From Candidatus Cloacimonadales bacterium (lineage in GTDB: Bacteria > Cloacimonadota > Cloacimonadia > Cloacimonadales > JAIOQZ01), in contig CAXXSY010000003.1 in the NCBI GenBank assembly GCA_963665015.2, positions 64,373 to 128,372 on the forward strand: a stretch of 64,000 bases of DNA. Direction: 5' to 3'. Shown piece after piece: positions 1-8,621 of the stretch; the first letter of the stretch is position 1, and each line of letters begins with the position of its first letter. A program made the position numbers and the translations under genes. The notes beneath the pieces are model-generated. The model saw nothing but the letters and a program-made list of their open reading frames with translations, had not been told where the DNA came from and searched no databases.

Positions 1-151
1 TCTCGGCGCCGATCAGCCGGTAGAAGTACACCGGTTCCAGCTTGTAGAGCAGTGCGAAGCCCAGCGCCATCAGCCGCGTCGATAGGGGATTGACAATCAG
101 GATTATGATGAGAAGAAGCGCCAGCACGAATCTGACAAACGGACGTTTCAT
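1..151 (-). CDS. hypothetical membrane protein, 5' fragment (gene continues beyond window start)
   Basis: ATG (rc) at 149-151 opens a stop-free frame to position 1: MKRPFVRFVLALLLIIILIVNPLSTRLMALGF..., with a hydrophobic N-terminal helix. It is absent from the ORF track because it is truncated. Confidence 0.35.
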   Translation of the reverse strand, partial: MKRPFVRFVLALLLIIILIVNPLSTRLMALGFALLYKLEPVYFYRLIGAE

Positions 152-158
152 ACGCGGA

Positions 159-965
159 TCAAGTCTTGCGCTTGAGGTGTTTCAGGTTTTCCTGGAATCG
201 CGGATTATCGGGATCGAGCGCCAGCGCCTTCTCGAACCAGTCGAGCGCCTGGTTTGCCGGTTGTCCCATCAGAAGCATGACCGAACCGATGTTGTTGATA
301 ACCGTGGCGTTATCCGGATCGATCTCATGCGCCTTCTTCAAATTCTCGAGCGCTTTCGTGTACTCTTTGTTTTCGACTTCGAGCTGCGCCTGCGCGTAGT
401 ATTCCTTCGATATCACGAACCGGTCGCGCTTCACAGGGTCGCGAACCATGTCCAGATACTCCTGATATCGCTTGTAGTTCGGCTGAAGCCTCGATAGCTG
501 CGCGAAGACCACCTCGGCGGAGTCCCACTTGCGCAACATGGTCAGGCACTCGGCGTACGAAAGCAGGACGAGTTCATTGCGATCGTACGTGTTATAGACC
601 GTCTCCAGATGCTTCTCGGCTTCCTTGTAGCGGTTCAACGCCACCAGCGCCAGCGCCATCATGAAGAGACTTCCCTCGGTTGCGTCCTCCAGGACGACCT
701 TCTCGAAGTAGTCCAGCGCCTTTTTCGCCTGCCCCTTCATCAAGAGCCTGCGACCCCGGCTGAGCCGGTAGTTTTTCACGAATGTTTTCCAATGTTCCAG
801 CATGATCCTATTCTTGAAGGCAGACGTTTTTCGGCAATGTTTTTCTACGGCGCTAATAAGATCGAGCATTGCGGTTGATGTTATACTGCCCCAGCAGTAA
901 CTTTTCCGAGATGTGATTGATGCAAATGTGAAAATAAACTTTACAGTTTTCCGGTAATATTTCAT
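159..965 (-). CDS. tetratricopeptide (TPR) repeat protein
   Basis: 268-aa ORF with several TPR-like units (KALDYFEKVV, YKEAEKHLETVY, YTKALENLKKAHEIDPDNA, QALDWFEKALALDPDNP). The start is uncertain; in-frame ATGs also occur at 869 and 803. Confidence 0.6.
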   Translation of the reverse strand: MKYYRKTVKFIFTFASITSRKSYCWGSITSTAMLDLISAVEKHCRKTSAFKNRIMLEHWKTFVKNYRLSRGRRLLMKGQAKKALDYFEKVVLEDATEGSLFMMALALVALNRYKEAEKHLETVYNTYDRNELVLLSYAECLTMLRKWDSAEVVFAQLSRLQPNYKRYQEYLDMVRDPVKRDRFVISKEYYAQAQLEVENKEYTKALENLKKAHEIDPDNATVINNIGSVMLLMGQPANQALDWFEKALALDPDNPRFQENLKHLKRKT

Positions 966-1059
966 AATTCGGTGCAGTTAATCAGACCTGTCAGGTAATT
1001 GCTTGGGGTATTCCGTTTTATCGAGATTTTCGCGAGCATCGCAAGTAGAGGAGAAAAAG

Positions 1060-3093
1060 ATGAGATTGATCGTACTGTGTATGGCATTTCTTACTATTAT
1101 CAACGTTGCCGTATGCGCAACAGCGTCGAATGAACCGGATCGCATGCTTGATGCAAGTAAAATCAATCGCTTCGGAGACATCGCGCTCCGGCTTACGAAT
1201 TACGGAATCATCGGTGGTGATAACGAGGATATACCGTCTCTGGAGTGGCCTCGCGGATCGGGTATCAGTTACCTCTACAAGGGAGCGCTGTGGTTCGGCG
1301 GTAAAGTTCATCGAACGAACGAAAACGGCGAGATTCTCTTTTGGGGGCATTGGCCACCCGAAGATGAGGATGACTATATCACGGAAGACGATCCGAATTG
1401 GAATGCCAGCTTGCCTTACGTCGTTGATACGCTGACTTCGGTCGGGACCGACGGCGATTTAGATTTAGTTGAGCTGCTTCCGTCATACAATCCTTTGGAA
1501 GAGAGTTATCTCGACGAACTGTTCGAAGAATACAATAAATTCGACGTGCTGCGCATCTTTTACCTGAATATATACGGGCAAGACGACGATGCCGACGGGC
1601 TGATCGATGAGGATTCGCCTGGAAGAGCTTTCGTGTATCCCGATCCCGACGGCGTCTATTGCTTCAGCCTGCCTTGCGACGACGACGGCGATGGACGGAC
1701 CGACGAGGACGGCGGTTACCCTGGTCTTGAGACCGGTGTCGGTTACTGTTACGATATCAGTCCCTTCGGACCAGTTGTCGATCGGGATTGGGGAAGCAAT
1801 ATGGTCAGTAGCATTCATTTTCCGCTCGGAATCTCAATCGAGCAGCGGACATATTTCTGGAACAATCTGAGCCTCGCCAACGTAATGATCCTGCACTTCA
1901 AGATCACGAACGTCGGTGAAAATACCATCTATGACTATGCGTTGAGCTACTACCTCGACGCCGATATCAAGCCTTTCGATATGGGTTCTGAAGGCAACGA
2001 CGACGACGTGAGCACGTATCTATGCTCAGAAGATTATGAAATTGCCTACTCCTTTGATGCCGACAGTGACGATGGAGAGACTCCGGGGCTTCTAGCTGTC
2101 AGCATCCTCGGTGAAACTAATTGTGATCGAGCTTGTTGGGTATGGGCATTAGGTGATGGACCTGACGATTCTGATCCCCTTGATCTTATTCACTTCGGAA
2201 GATGTTCAGCAAATGAGAAATACTGGTTGCAAACATGTCTCAATCCCGACATAGAAAAGTTTACATCTATACGCGATTACCCGCTAGCTCAAATAGATAA
2301 TCCCTGCGATACTCGCTTTCTTTCTACAGTTTGCGGAGATCAGCAGGGATTCGACAATCCGACGGAGAACAGCTTCAACCTCGAACCTGGCGAGACCCGC
2401 GACTTTTTCGTGGCGATTTTTCTGTCGGACTCCGAGGGAGGTCTGATCGATATCAACGACGATTTGGAGGCATTCTATGCAAGCGATTTCGATCTGTCGA
2501 TGTTCGACGGCGAACCGTGGATGCCTGGCATCGTCCATACGTCCGGCATGCCGGACGGACAATCGATCTATGTTGACTGTTATGTCGGAACCACGCCCGA
2601 CGACCTTACTATGTGCTACAGACAGGCTTCGGAAACCGAGTGGTTCGAACTCGATCTCGACCCGGAAATCGACGATTTCATTATCGAGAATCTCGCGGGA
2701 GAAACGGACTACAACATCAAAGTGGTTGCGACGTATGAAGACTTGAGCCTGGAGAGCGCGATTGTAACCCGCAACACCTACGACTACTACAATACCGACC
2801 AGAACACGTCGAAGTTTCAAACGAAGGAGATGTTAGCATACCCCAACCCGTTCAACCCGACCACCACCATCGCCTTCTCCATCCCGACCGACAGCCGCGT
2901 CACGCTCGACGTGTTCAACATCCGCGGCCAGAAGGTCAGAACACTGCTTGACGAGCGGATGGAAAGAGGCGAACACTCGGTTCAATGGACGGGTGACGAC
3001 GACAATGGCAAACCATGCTCCAGCGGCGTCTATCTGTACCGGATGAAGGCGGGGGATACGACGAAGACGAGCAGGATGCTGTTGATGAAATGA
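1060..3093 (+). CDS. secreted Asp-rich protein with T9SS-type C-terminal sorting domain
   Basis: ATG at 1060 follows GAGGAGAAAAAG. Signal peptide MRLIVLCMAFLTIINVAVCA. Calcium-binding-like D-rich runs (DDDADGLIDEDS, DDDGDGRTDEDG). C-terminus YPNPFNPTTTIAF...GVYLYRMKAG...MLLMK is typical of Por/T9SS CTDs. Confidence 0.75.
   Translation: MRLIVLCMAFLTIINVAVCATASNEPDRMLDASKINRFGDIALRLTNYGIIGGDNEDIPSLEWPRGSGISYLYKGALWFGGKVHRTNENGEILFWGHWPPEDEDDYITEDDPNWNASLPYVVDTLTSVGTDGDLDLVELLPSYNPLEESYLDELFEEYNKFDVLRIFYLNIYGQDDDADGLIDEDSPGRAFVYPDPDGVYCFSLPCDDDGDGRTDEDGGYPGLETGVGYCYDISPFGPVVDRDWGSNMVSSIHFPLGISIEQRTYFWNNLSLANVMILHFKITNVGENTIYDYALSYYLDADIKPFDMGSEGNDDDVSTYLCSEDYEIAYSFDADSDDGETPGLLAVSILGETNCDRACWVWALGDGPDDSDPLDLIHFGRCSANEKYWLQTCLNPDIEKFTSIRDYPLAQIDNPCDTRFLSTVCGDQQGFDNPTENSFNLEPGETRDFFVAIFLSDSEGGLIDINDDLEAFYASDFDLSMFDGEPWMPGIVHTSGMPDGQSIYVDCYVGTTPDDLTMCYRQASETEWFELDLDPEIDDFIIENLAGETDYNIKVVATYEDLSLESAIVTRNTYDYYNTDQNTSKFQTKEMLAYPNPFNPTTTIAFSIPTDSRVTLDVFNIRGQKVRTLLDERMERGEHSVQWTGDDDNGKPCSSGVYLYRMKAGDTTKTSRMLLMK
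2841..3093 (+). repeat. T9SS CTD cassette, copy 1 (about 94% identical to 3820-4072)
   Basis: By-eye alignment of the two 253-nt segments gives about 15 mismatches. The encoded 84 aa differ only by D/E near the end. Confidence 0.9.
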
Positions 3094-3106
3094 GAGGAGA
3101 AAGCTC

Positions 3107-4072
3107 ATGAGGATAAGGCTGTCGATTCTTCTTATAGTATTTTGCGCATCCATATGGGGAGCGACGATAATCGATACCCTTGGCGTAAGACCCGAAATAT
3201 CCGGAACGATCGACTTCGATCAACAGCTCAATGTGATCCGGATGTTCGGATTTCCAATGTCATACTGTGTGGGTGATGGCTGGAATGCCTTCGAGTTTTA
3301 TTATTTCGGCGCATATACATATCTCACATTTCCATGTCCGGAAAAACCTGAAGGATACAAGATTGAAGAGGCCTTCCTCTATTTATGCTGCCATGCGATT
3401 ATCGGTAACGGCGAATCTTCCACATACCCGATCTTCGACTCCCCAAATGGCGGACACTTCAATCCATACCTCATTCTCGATCACATCGACTATGGTATCA
3501 GCCTTGATGAACAGGATATCCATATTCCGCCGAGTCAACTGGATCAGCCACTTTACCTTCAGAACTGGATGGATTACGGGTGGTTTGCAATCGATGTAAA
3601 AGACTTCGTCATTAACGACGTCGAAGAAGGCCGCATGTATTCACAGTATCGCTTGAGATTGCAGAACAATGCAGATTGGGACGATTACGATGACCTCCTC
3701 CAATTCGAGTGCTGCGGCGAAGATTACAGACCACATATCCTGTGTACCTTTCGAGATGCGACCTCCGCAGATGACAATGTAAATGCAGAATCGGATAATG
3801 TAGTAACCATGACCGCCTTCCCCAACCCGTTCAATCCGACCACTACCATCGCCTTCTCCATCCCGACCGACAGCCGTGTCACGCTCGACGTGTTCAACAT
3901 CCGTGGTCAGAAGGTAAGGACGCTACTCGACGAGCGGATGGAAAGAGGTGAGCACTCGGTTCAATGGACGGGTGACGACGATAATGGCAAACCATGCTCC
4001 AGCGGCGTCTATCTGTACAGGATGAAGGCGGGGGAGACGACGAAGACGAGCAGGATGCTGTTGATGAAATGA
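3107..4072 (+). CDS. secreted protein with T9SS-type C-terminal sorting domain
   Basis: Signal peptide MRIRLSILLIVFCASIWG. The body is unrecognised and lower in GC (23-27 G+C per 60 nt in lines 3241 and 3301). The C-terminal 84 aa are nearly identical to the upstream gene. Confidence 0.7.
   Translation: MRIRLSILLIVFCASIWGATIIDTLGVRPEISGTIDFDQQLNVIRMFGFPMSYCVGDGWNAFEFYYFGAYTYLTFPCPEKPEGYKIEEAFLYLCCHAIIGNGESSTYPIFDSPNGGHFNPYLILDHIDYGISLDEQDIHIPPSQLDQPLYLQNWMDYGWFAIDVKDFVINDVEEGRMYSQYRLRLQNNADWDDYDDLLQFECCGEDYRPHILCTFRDATSADDNVNAESDNVVTMTAFPNPFNPTTTIAFSIPTDSRVTLDVFNIRGQKVRTLLDERMERGEHSVQWTGDDDNGKPCSSGVYLYRMKAGETTKTSRMLLMK
3820..4072 (+). repeat. T9SS CTD cassette, copy 2
   Basis: See 2841-3093. 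Both copies run to the stop codon and diverge immediately after it. Confidence 0.9.
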
Positions 4073-4103
4073 GGATGAAAGCAGCCAGGGATGGCTGCGC
4101 TCC

Positions 4104-4136
4104 AACCGGCAGCCGTGACCGACCGCCGGTTTTTTG
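4104..4136 (+). terminator. candidate intrinsic terminator between convergent genes
   Basis: Stem aaccggc (4104-4110) pairs with gccggtt (4125-4131), followed by a T6 run. A second hairpin, cagcca-ggga-tggctg, lies at 4082-4097. Confidence 0.5.
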
Positions 4137-4151
4137 CGCGCATTATAAAGT

Positions 4152-5147
4152 CTAAAACTCTTCGAGATGCTCCTGAATCCACTTCTCGGCCGAGAATGCT
4201 GCGGTCGCGCCGTCGGAGACAGCGGTAACCACCTGCCGGAGCACCTTGTGGCAGATATCACCCGCCGCGTAGATGCCCGGGATGTTGGTGTGCTGGCTGT
4301 CGTCTGTAAGGATGAATCCCTGCTCGTCCAGCTCGACGCGTGATTCGAACAGCTTGTTGTTCGGGATGATGCCCACATAGACGAAGACGCCATCGACTTT
4401 CAGGTTGCTCACCTGCTCGGTCTTGCGGTTGAACAGCACAAGATTCTCGACCTTGTTCTCACCCTCGACGCCCTGCACCACGGAATCCCAAATAATCTCC
4501 ATCTTCGGATTCTTGAAGGCGCGCTGCTGGATGGTATAGACCGCCCGGAGCTGGTCGCGCCGGTGGATCAGATAGACTTTCTTGGCAAACCGGGTCAGGA
4601 AGAGTCCCTCTTCCACAGCCGAATCGCCACCGCCGATCACCGCCACCACCTTGTCGCGGTAGAGCGCGCCGTCGCATGTCGCACAGTAGGATACACCGCG
4701 TCCGGTCAAACGTTCCTCACCCGGCACGGAGAGCTTTCGCGGTGAGGCGCCGGTCGCTATGATGATCGACTTGGCGCGGTAGAAACCGTTCTCGGTCTCG
4801 ATGATCTTGCAGATACCCTCCAGTCCGACCGCGATCACGGATTCCTCGCGGAAATCGGTCTTGAACTTCTCCGCTTGCCCCTTCATCCTATCGATCAGAT
4901 CGAATCCCGTCATTGATTCGACAAAGCCCGGGTAATTCTCGACCTCGGTGGTCAATACGATCTGCCCGCCGAAGAGTCCGTGCTCGAACACGACGGTCTT
5001 GAGTCCGCCGCGTGCAGCATAGATCGCAGCGCCCAGTCCCGCCGGACCGCCGCCGATGATCGCCACGTCGTATTTAACGCATTCACCGGTCTTCTTCGTA
5101 TCCACTTCCGCTTCGCCGGTGTCGATTTTCTGAAAATCGAAATTCAT
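4152..5147 (-). CDS. trxB: thioredoxin-disulfide reductase
   Basis: FAD motif IIGGGPAGLGAAIYAARGG, redox centre CATCDG, NADPH motif VIGGGDSAVEE, and AAGD near the C-terminus. Confidence 0.9.
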   Translation of the reverse strand: MNFDFQKIDTGEAEVDTKKTGECVKYDVAIIGGGPAGLGAAIYAARGGLKTVVFEHGLFGGQIVLTTEVENYPGFVESMTGFDLIDRMKGQAEKFKTDFREESVIAVGLEGICKIIETENGFYRAKSIIIATGASPRKLSVPGEERLTGRGVSYCATCDGALYRDKVVAVIGGGDSAVEEGLFLTRFAKKVYLIHRRDQLRAVYTIQQRAFKNPKMEIIWDSVVQGVEGENKVENLVLFNRKTEQVSNLKVDGVFVYVGIIPNNKLFESRVELDEQGFILTDDSQHTNIPGIYAAGDICHKVLRQVVTAVSDGATAAFSAEKWIQEHLEEF

Positions 5148-5231
5148 GATTCCTCCAAATTCGTTTTAATCAATTCTGGAGACAAACTACCGAATTATTT
5201 CACACTGTCAAATATTTTGCTTTGCATTCTG

Positions 5232-5618
5232 TCACGAATCGAGTTCGAACCGCATCGGCAGCAATTCGTCCAGTGTGGAAGTTTCTACCCTGTTACGGTT
5301 TGCCATGATTATTCGCAGGTCGCCGGAGAACTCGGACATCACCTGACGACAAGCCCCGCATGGCGGAAAGAATTCGTCCGAATCTGCGTAGATTGCGATC
5401 TTGGTGAATTCGCGTTCGCCCCACGCGACCGCCTTGAAGATCGCGTTGCGTTCCGCGCAGATGGTCAGCGAATAGGACGCGTTTTCCACGTTGCAGCCGA
5501 TATAGACATTGCCTTTGCTCGACAGCAGCGCCGCACCGATCTTGAAGCCCGAATACGGCGCATACGCCTTCTTCGAGGCTTCCTTCGCCTGCTCGATAAG
5601 TTGTTCGTCTGAAATCAT
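5232..5618 (-). CDS. cdd: cytidine deaminase
   Basis: Zinc motifs CAERNAI and PCGACRQ. The start is taken at the ATG at 5618, preceded by GGGAGA. The ORF-track start at 5630 would put that SD inside the gene. Confidence 0.85.
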   Translation of the reverse strand: MISDEQLIEQAKEASKKAYAPYSGFKIGAALLSSKGNVYIGCNVENASYSLTICAERNAIFKAVAWGEREFTKIAIYADSDEFFPPCGACRQVMSEFSGDLRIIMANRNRVETSTLDELLPMRFELDS

Positions 5619-5667
5619 GTTTTCTCCCAAGATGCAGGCAAGGGTGCCTGCGTTCCAGATAGGGACG

Positions 5668-6954
5668 TTAAAACGACGTCGTATCGACGAAATTGAAGCC
5701 GTCGATCAGCATGGAGGGTACCTTGGCGTAATCGGACTGGACTTCCGGTTTTCCGAGCGCCAGGATACGCCGTGTCGATTCGTGGATCACTTCGTTGAAG
5801 CGGAGGTTGACGATCGGGTGCTTGATCTTTCCGTCTTCGAACCACAGCACGCCGTCGCGTGTCATGCCGGTCAGTTCGCCGCGTTTCGCGTTCACGAAGC
5901 GGATGTACCACAGGTGATTGACGATGATCCCACTGCCGGCGATTTTCATCATCTCTTCTTCCGTCGCGTCTCCGCCTTCGATGAGCATGTTGTACGCCTG
6001 GCACGGCTCGATCCCCTTCACGCCCGCATAGTAACGGGCGACGGGCATGTTTTCGAGCACACCGTTGCGAACCCAGTGGATTTCCCTTGCCGGCACGCCT
6101 TCGTAGTTGTAGCGGGGAGCATTCAGGTCCGGATCGCCGATCGTCGAGCGGAGCGTGAAGTCCTTGCCGAAGAATTCTTTACCGATCTGGTCGGAGAAGG
6201 GCGATGTCCCCTCGTCGGCCCTGCGCAGGTCCATCATGTAGTTCAGGAACTGGAAGAAGTTACCAACCGCCTGCGAACGCAGGATGACCGGGTATTTTCC
6301 CGGCTCGATGGGCTGCGGCTTGGAGAGGGACGAGAACTGCCCGTTCAGGCGTTCGAGCTCGTCATCGATGCTGAAGCAGGCAAAATCCTTCACGCCGCGC
6401 GATACCTTCGTTTCCACGTCGTCGCGCTTCATGGTCATCGAGTGATCGAACGAGGATGAGCGGTCTTCGCCTTCAAAGCCGTTCTTGGTAATCATGCACG
6501 ACCGGCTCAGGTAGCGCGAGGTCATACCGGAAATCTTCGCGTCGATTTTCTTCGCGTTGGCTACGCATTTTTCGACCACCGATACCATGTCGTCCGTGGT
6601 TAGCGCAGCGGTCGCGTCGGAGTAGTTTTGCACATCCGGAAGGCTCTGCTTCGCCGGGCTGGGAACATGTTCCGGGTCCGGCTGGTTGAGCTTCGCCATC
6701 TGTTCGGCGGTATCGATCATGTGCCCAAGATGCTCTTCATCCGGCTGGTTGACCACGGCTGTACCGGTCTTGTTTCCGAACGAGACCTCCAGCATGAGCG
6801 AGTAGTGGCTTCCGTTCATGTGTTGGGTGATCATGTTCTGGGCGAAACGGGTCTCGTGCGAGTCCGTCTGGTTGAACATGAAGGTATAGTCGTCGGCCTT
6901 GCAGTGCTTGCGGATGTATTCTATCGCTTTCTCTTTGAATCTTGTATCGGTCAT
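5668..6954 (-). CDS. pmbA: TldE/PmbA-family metalloprotease partner
   Basis: 428 aa with a typical PmbA/TldD-family C-terminal half. It has a 4-nt overlap with the upstream tldD. Confidence 0.7.
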   Translation of the reverse strand: MTDTRFKEKAIEYIRKHCKADDYTFMFNQTDSHETRFAQNMITQHMNGSHYSLMLEVSFGNKTGTAVVNQPDEEHLGHMIDTAEQMAKLNQPDPEHVPSPAKQSLPDVQNYSDATAALTTDDMVSVVEKCVANAKKIDAKISGMTSRYLSRSCMITKNGFEGEDRSSSFDHSMTMKRDDVETKVSRGVKDFACFSIDDELERLNGQFSSLSKPQPIEPGKYPVILRSQAVGNFFQFLNYMMDLRRADEGTSPFSDQIGKEFFGKDFTLRSTIGDPDLNAPRYNYEGVPAREIHWVRNGVLENMPVARYYAGVKGIEPCQAYNMLIEGGDATEEEMMKIAGSGIIVNHLWYIRFVNAKRGELTGMTRDGVLWFEDGKIKHPIVNLRFNEVIHESTRRILALGKPEVQSDYAKVPSMLIDGFNFVDTTSF

Positions 6955-8393
6955 TGTGAACCTCCTACGCGGATTTTACGGAACCGCGTCAGGGAGGCTC
7001 CGTGCGTCATACGTCCGGACTGGCTGGGCTGTCCCTTACCGCAGTTGATCACACCGAATGTTCGGAAGAAGCGGTCGTCGCAGATCGCGTCGCAACTGTT
7101 CCAGAATTCGGGGTTGTTCGAGCGGTAGATCACCTTCTTCAGCATCCGGTGTTTCTTGCCGTTTTTGATCTCCCAGAACAGATCGCCGCCAAACTGGAAG
7201 TTGACGCGGTGCTGGTCGATGGAAAACGATCCCTGCCCTTCGATATAGACGCCGTCCTCGGTGTCGGAGATCAGTTGCTGCGGCGTGAGTTCCTTTTTGC
7301 CTGGCTGGAGGTAGAGGTTGGGAATCCGGTTGATGGGGAAATCGTAGTAGTAGGTCGCACGGCAGCAGCCACGGCTCATCTTTTCACCGATGCGCATCGC
7401 GGTATCGCGCGTGGTGCCGTACTCGTTGAGGATACCGTCCTTGACGATGTGCCATTTCTGGTTGGGGACGCCGTCGTCGTCGTATCCCGCCGTGGCGAGT
7501 CCGGTATCGAGCGTGTTATCGCCGAAGAAATTGACGATCTCGGAGCCGTAGCGGTAGTTTTTGAGCTTCTCTGGCGTGGCGAACGAGATGCCCGCGAAAT
7601 CGGCTTCCCACCCGAGCACGCGATCGAGCTCGGTCGGGTGTCCTACCGATTCGTGCATGGTGAGTGAGAGGTGCTGCGGATCGAGCAGCAGGTCGCGGCG
7701 GGTCTCCTCGCCCAGTTCGCCGGCGTAGCATTTCTGGATGGCTTCTTCCGCGACGCGTGACGCGTTACCCGGGAAATCCATCTGATCCATCATCTCCCAG
7801 CCCATGTTGCGTCCACCGATCTGATACGACCTCGACTGGCTGTCGCCGTTTGCCACCGCGGTTGCGAACAGCATCGGCGCCATATACGTTGTCTGGATAT
7901 CCAGATCGGTACCCAGGGTGGATACGATCTGCTTCCGGTTCGTCTCCGCGCGGATCACGAACATCGCCTGCCGAATCTGCTCGTAGTTCATGATCGTGCG
8001 GTTCACCTCGAGCATCATTTCGACCTTGTCCTTGAGTGGAATCTGGAACGGATCCTTCTCGACCCTGGTTTTAAAGGTGTCGATATGACCGCGTTCGTAC
8101 GCCAGTTCGATTCCGTCGCCGACCTTGACGCGAGATGAAGCCTCCGCAATCTCGACGGCTTTCTTCGCCGTCTCCGCGATCGCGTCCGCCGTGAAGATGT
8201 TATTGTGCGCGAAACCCCAGGCGCCGTTTTTCAATACCCGTATTCCGTAGCCGTATTTCACCGAGTTCATCGTGCTCTTCAGGCTCAGATTACGCAGGAA
8301 AATCGACTCGGTCTGCGAGTGCTGAATGCGTATATCGGCATAGCTCGCACCAAGTGATTTCGCCTTTTCCATTGCGATTTCTGCAAAATTCAC
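6951..8393 (-). CDS. tldD: TldD-family zinc metalloprotease
   Basis: HESVGHPTELD motif and a GxC-rich C-terminus. GTG start at 8393, 5 nt after AGGAGG. Confidence 0.8.
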   Translation of the reverse strand: MNFAEIAMEKAKSLGASYADIRIQHSQTESIFLRNLSLKSTMNSVKYGYGIRVLKNGAWGFAHNNIFTADAIAETAKKAVEIAEASSRVKVGDGIELAYERGHIDTFKTRVEKDPFQIPLKDKVEMMLEVNRTIMNYEQIRQAMFVIRAETNRKQIVSTLGTDLDIQTTYMAPMLFATAVANGDSQSRSYQIGGRNMGWEMMDQMDFPGNASRVAEEAIQKCYAGELGEETRRDLLLDPQHLSLTMHESVGHPTELDRVLGWEADFAGISFATPEKLKNYRYGSEIVNFFGDNTLDTGLATAGYDDDGVPNQKWHIVKDGILNEYGTTRDTAMRIGEKMSRGCCRATYYYDFPINRIPNLYLQPGKKELTPQQLISDTEDGVYIEGQGSFSIDQHRVNFQFGGDLFWEIKNGKKHRMLKKVIYRSNNPEFWNSCDAICDDRFFRTFGVINCGKGQPSQSGRMTHGASLTRFRKIRVGGSQ

Positions 8394-8518
8394 ATATTCC
8401 TCCTGTGATCTGGATTTCCACCATTTGTCCCGTATTGCCCTGTATCATATTCGATCAAATCTGGCAAATGAAAAATGTTACGCTCATCGCCACGATGCAA
8501 ACCGATCCCAGAGAATAA

Positions 8519-8620
8519 CCCCCTTTAATCCCCTCTTGTCAGGGGGGGTGAGAAAGCCATCCTGACAAGGTATAGGTTTGACGAAGGAAAACCTGAATCT
8601 CTCAACAGGGATTAAGGGGG
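8519..8620. repeat. REP/MITE-like composite element with terminal inverted repeats
   Basis: Termini are ccccctttaatccc ... gggattaaggggg. An internal perfect 9-bp stem joins cttgtcagg (8535-8543) and cctgacaag (8561-8569). The left arm recurs (rc) at 55419-55456. The right arm 8592-8620 is identical (rc) to 61658-61686. Confidence 0.75.
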
Positions 8621-8621
8621 A

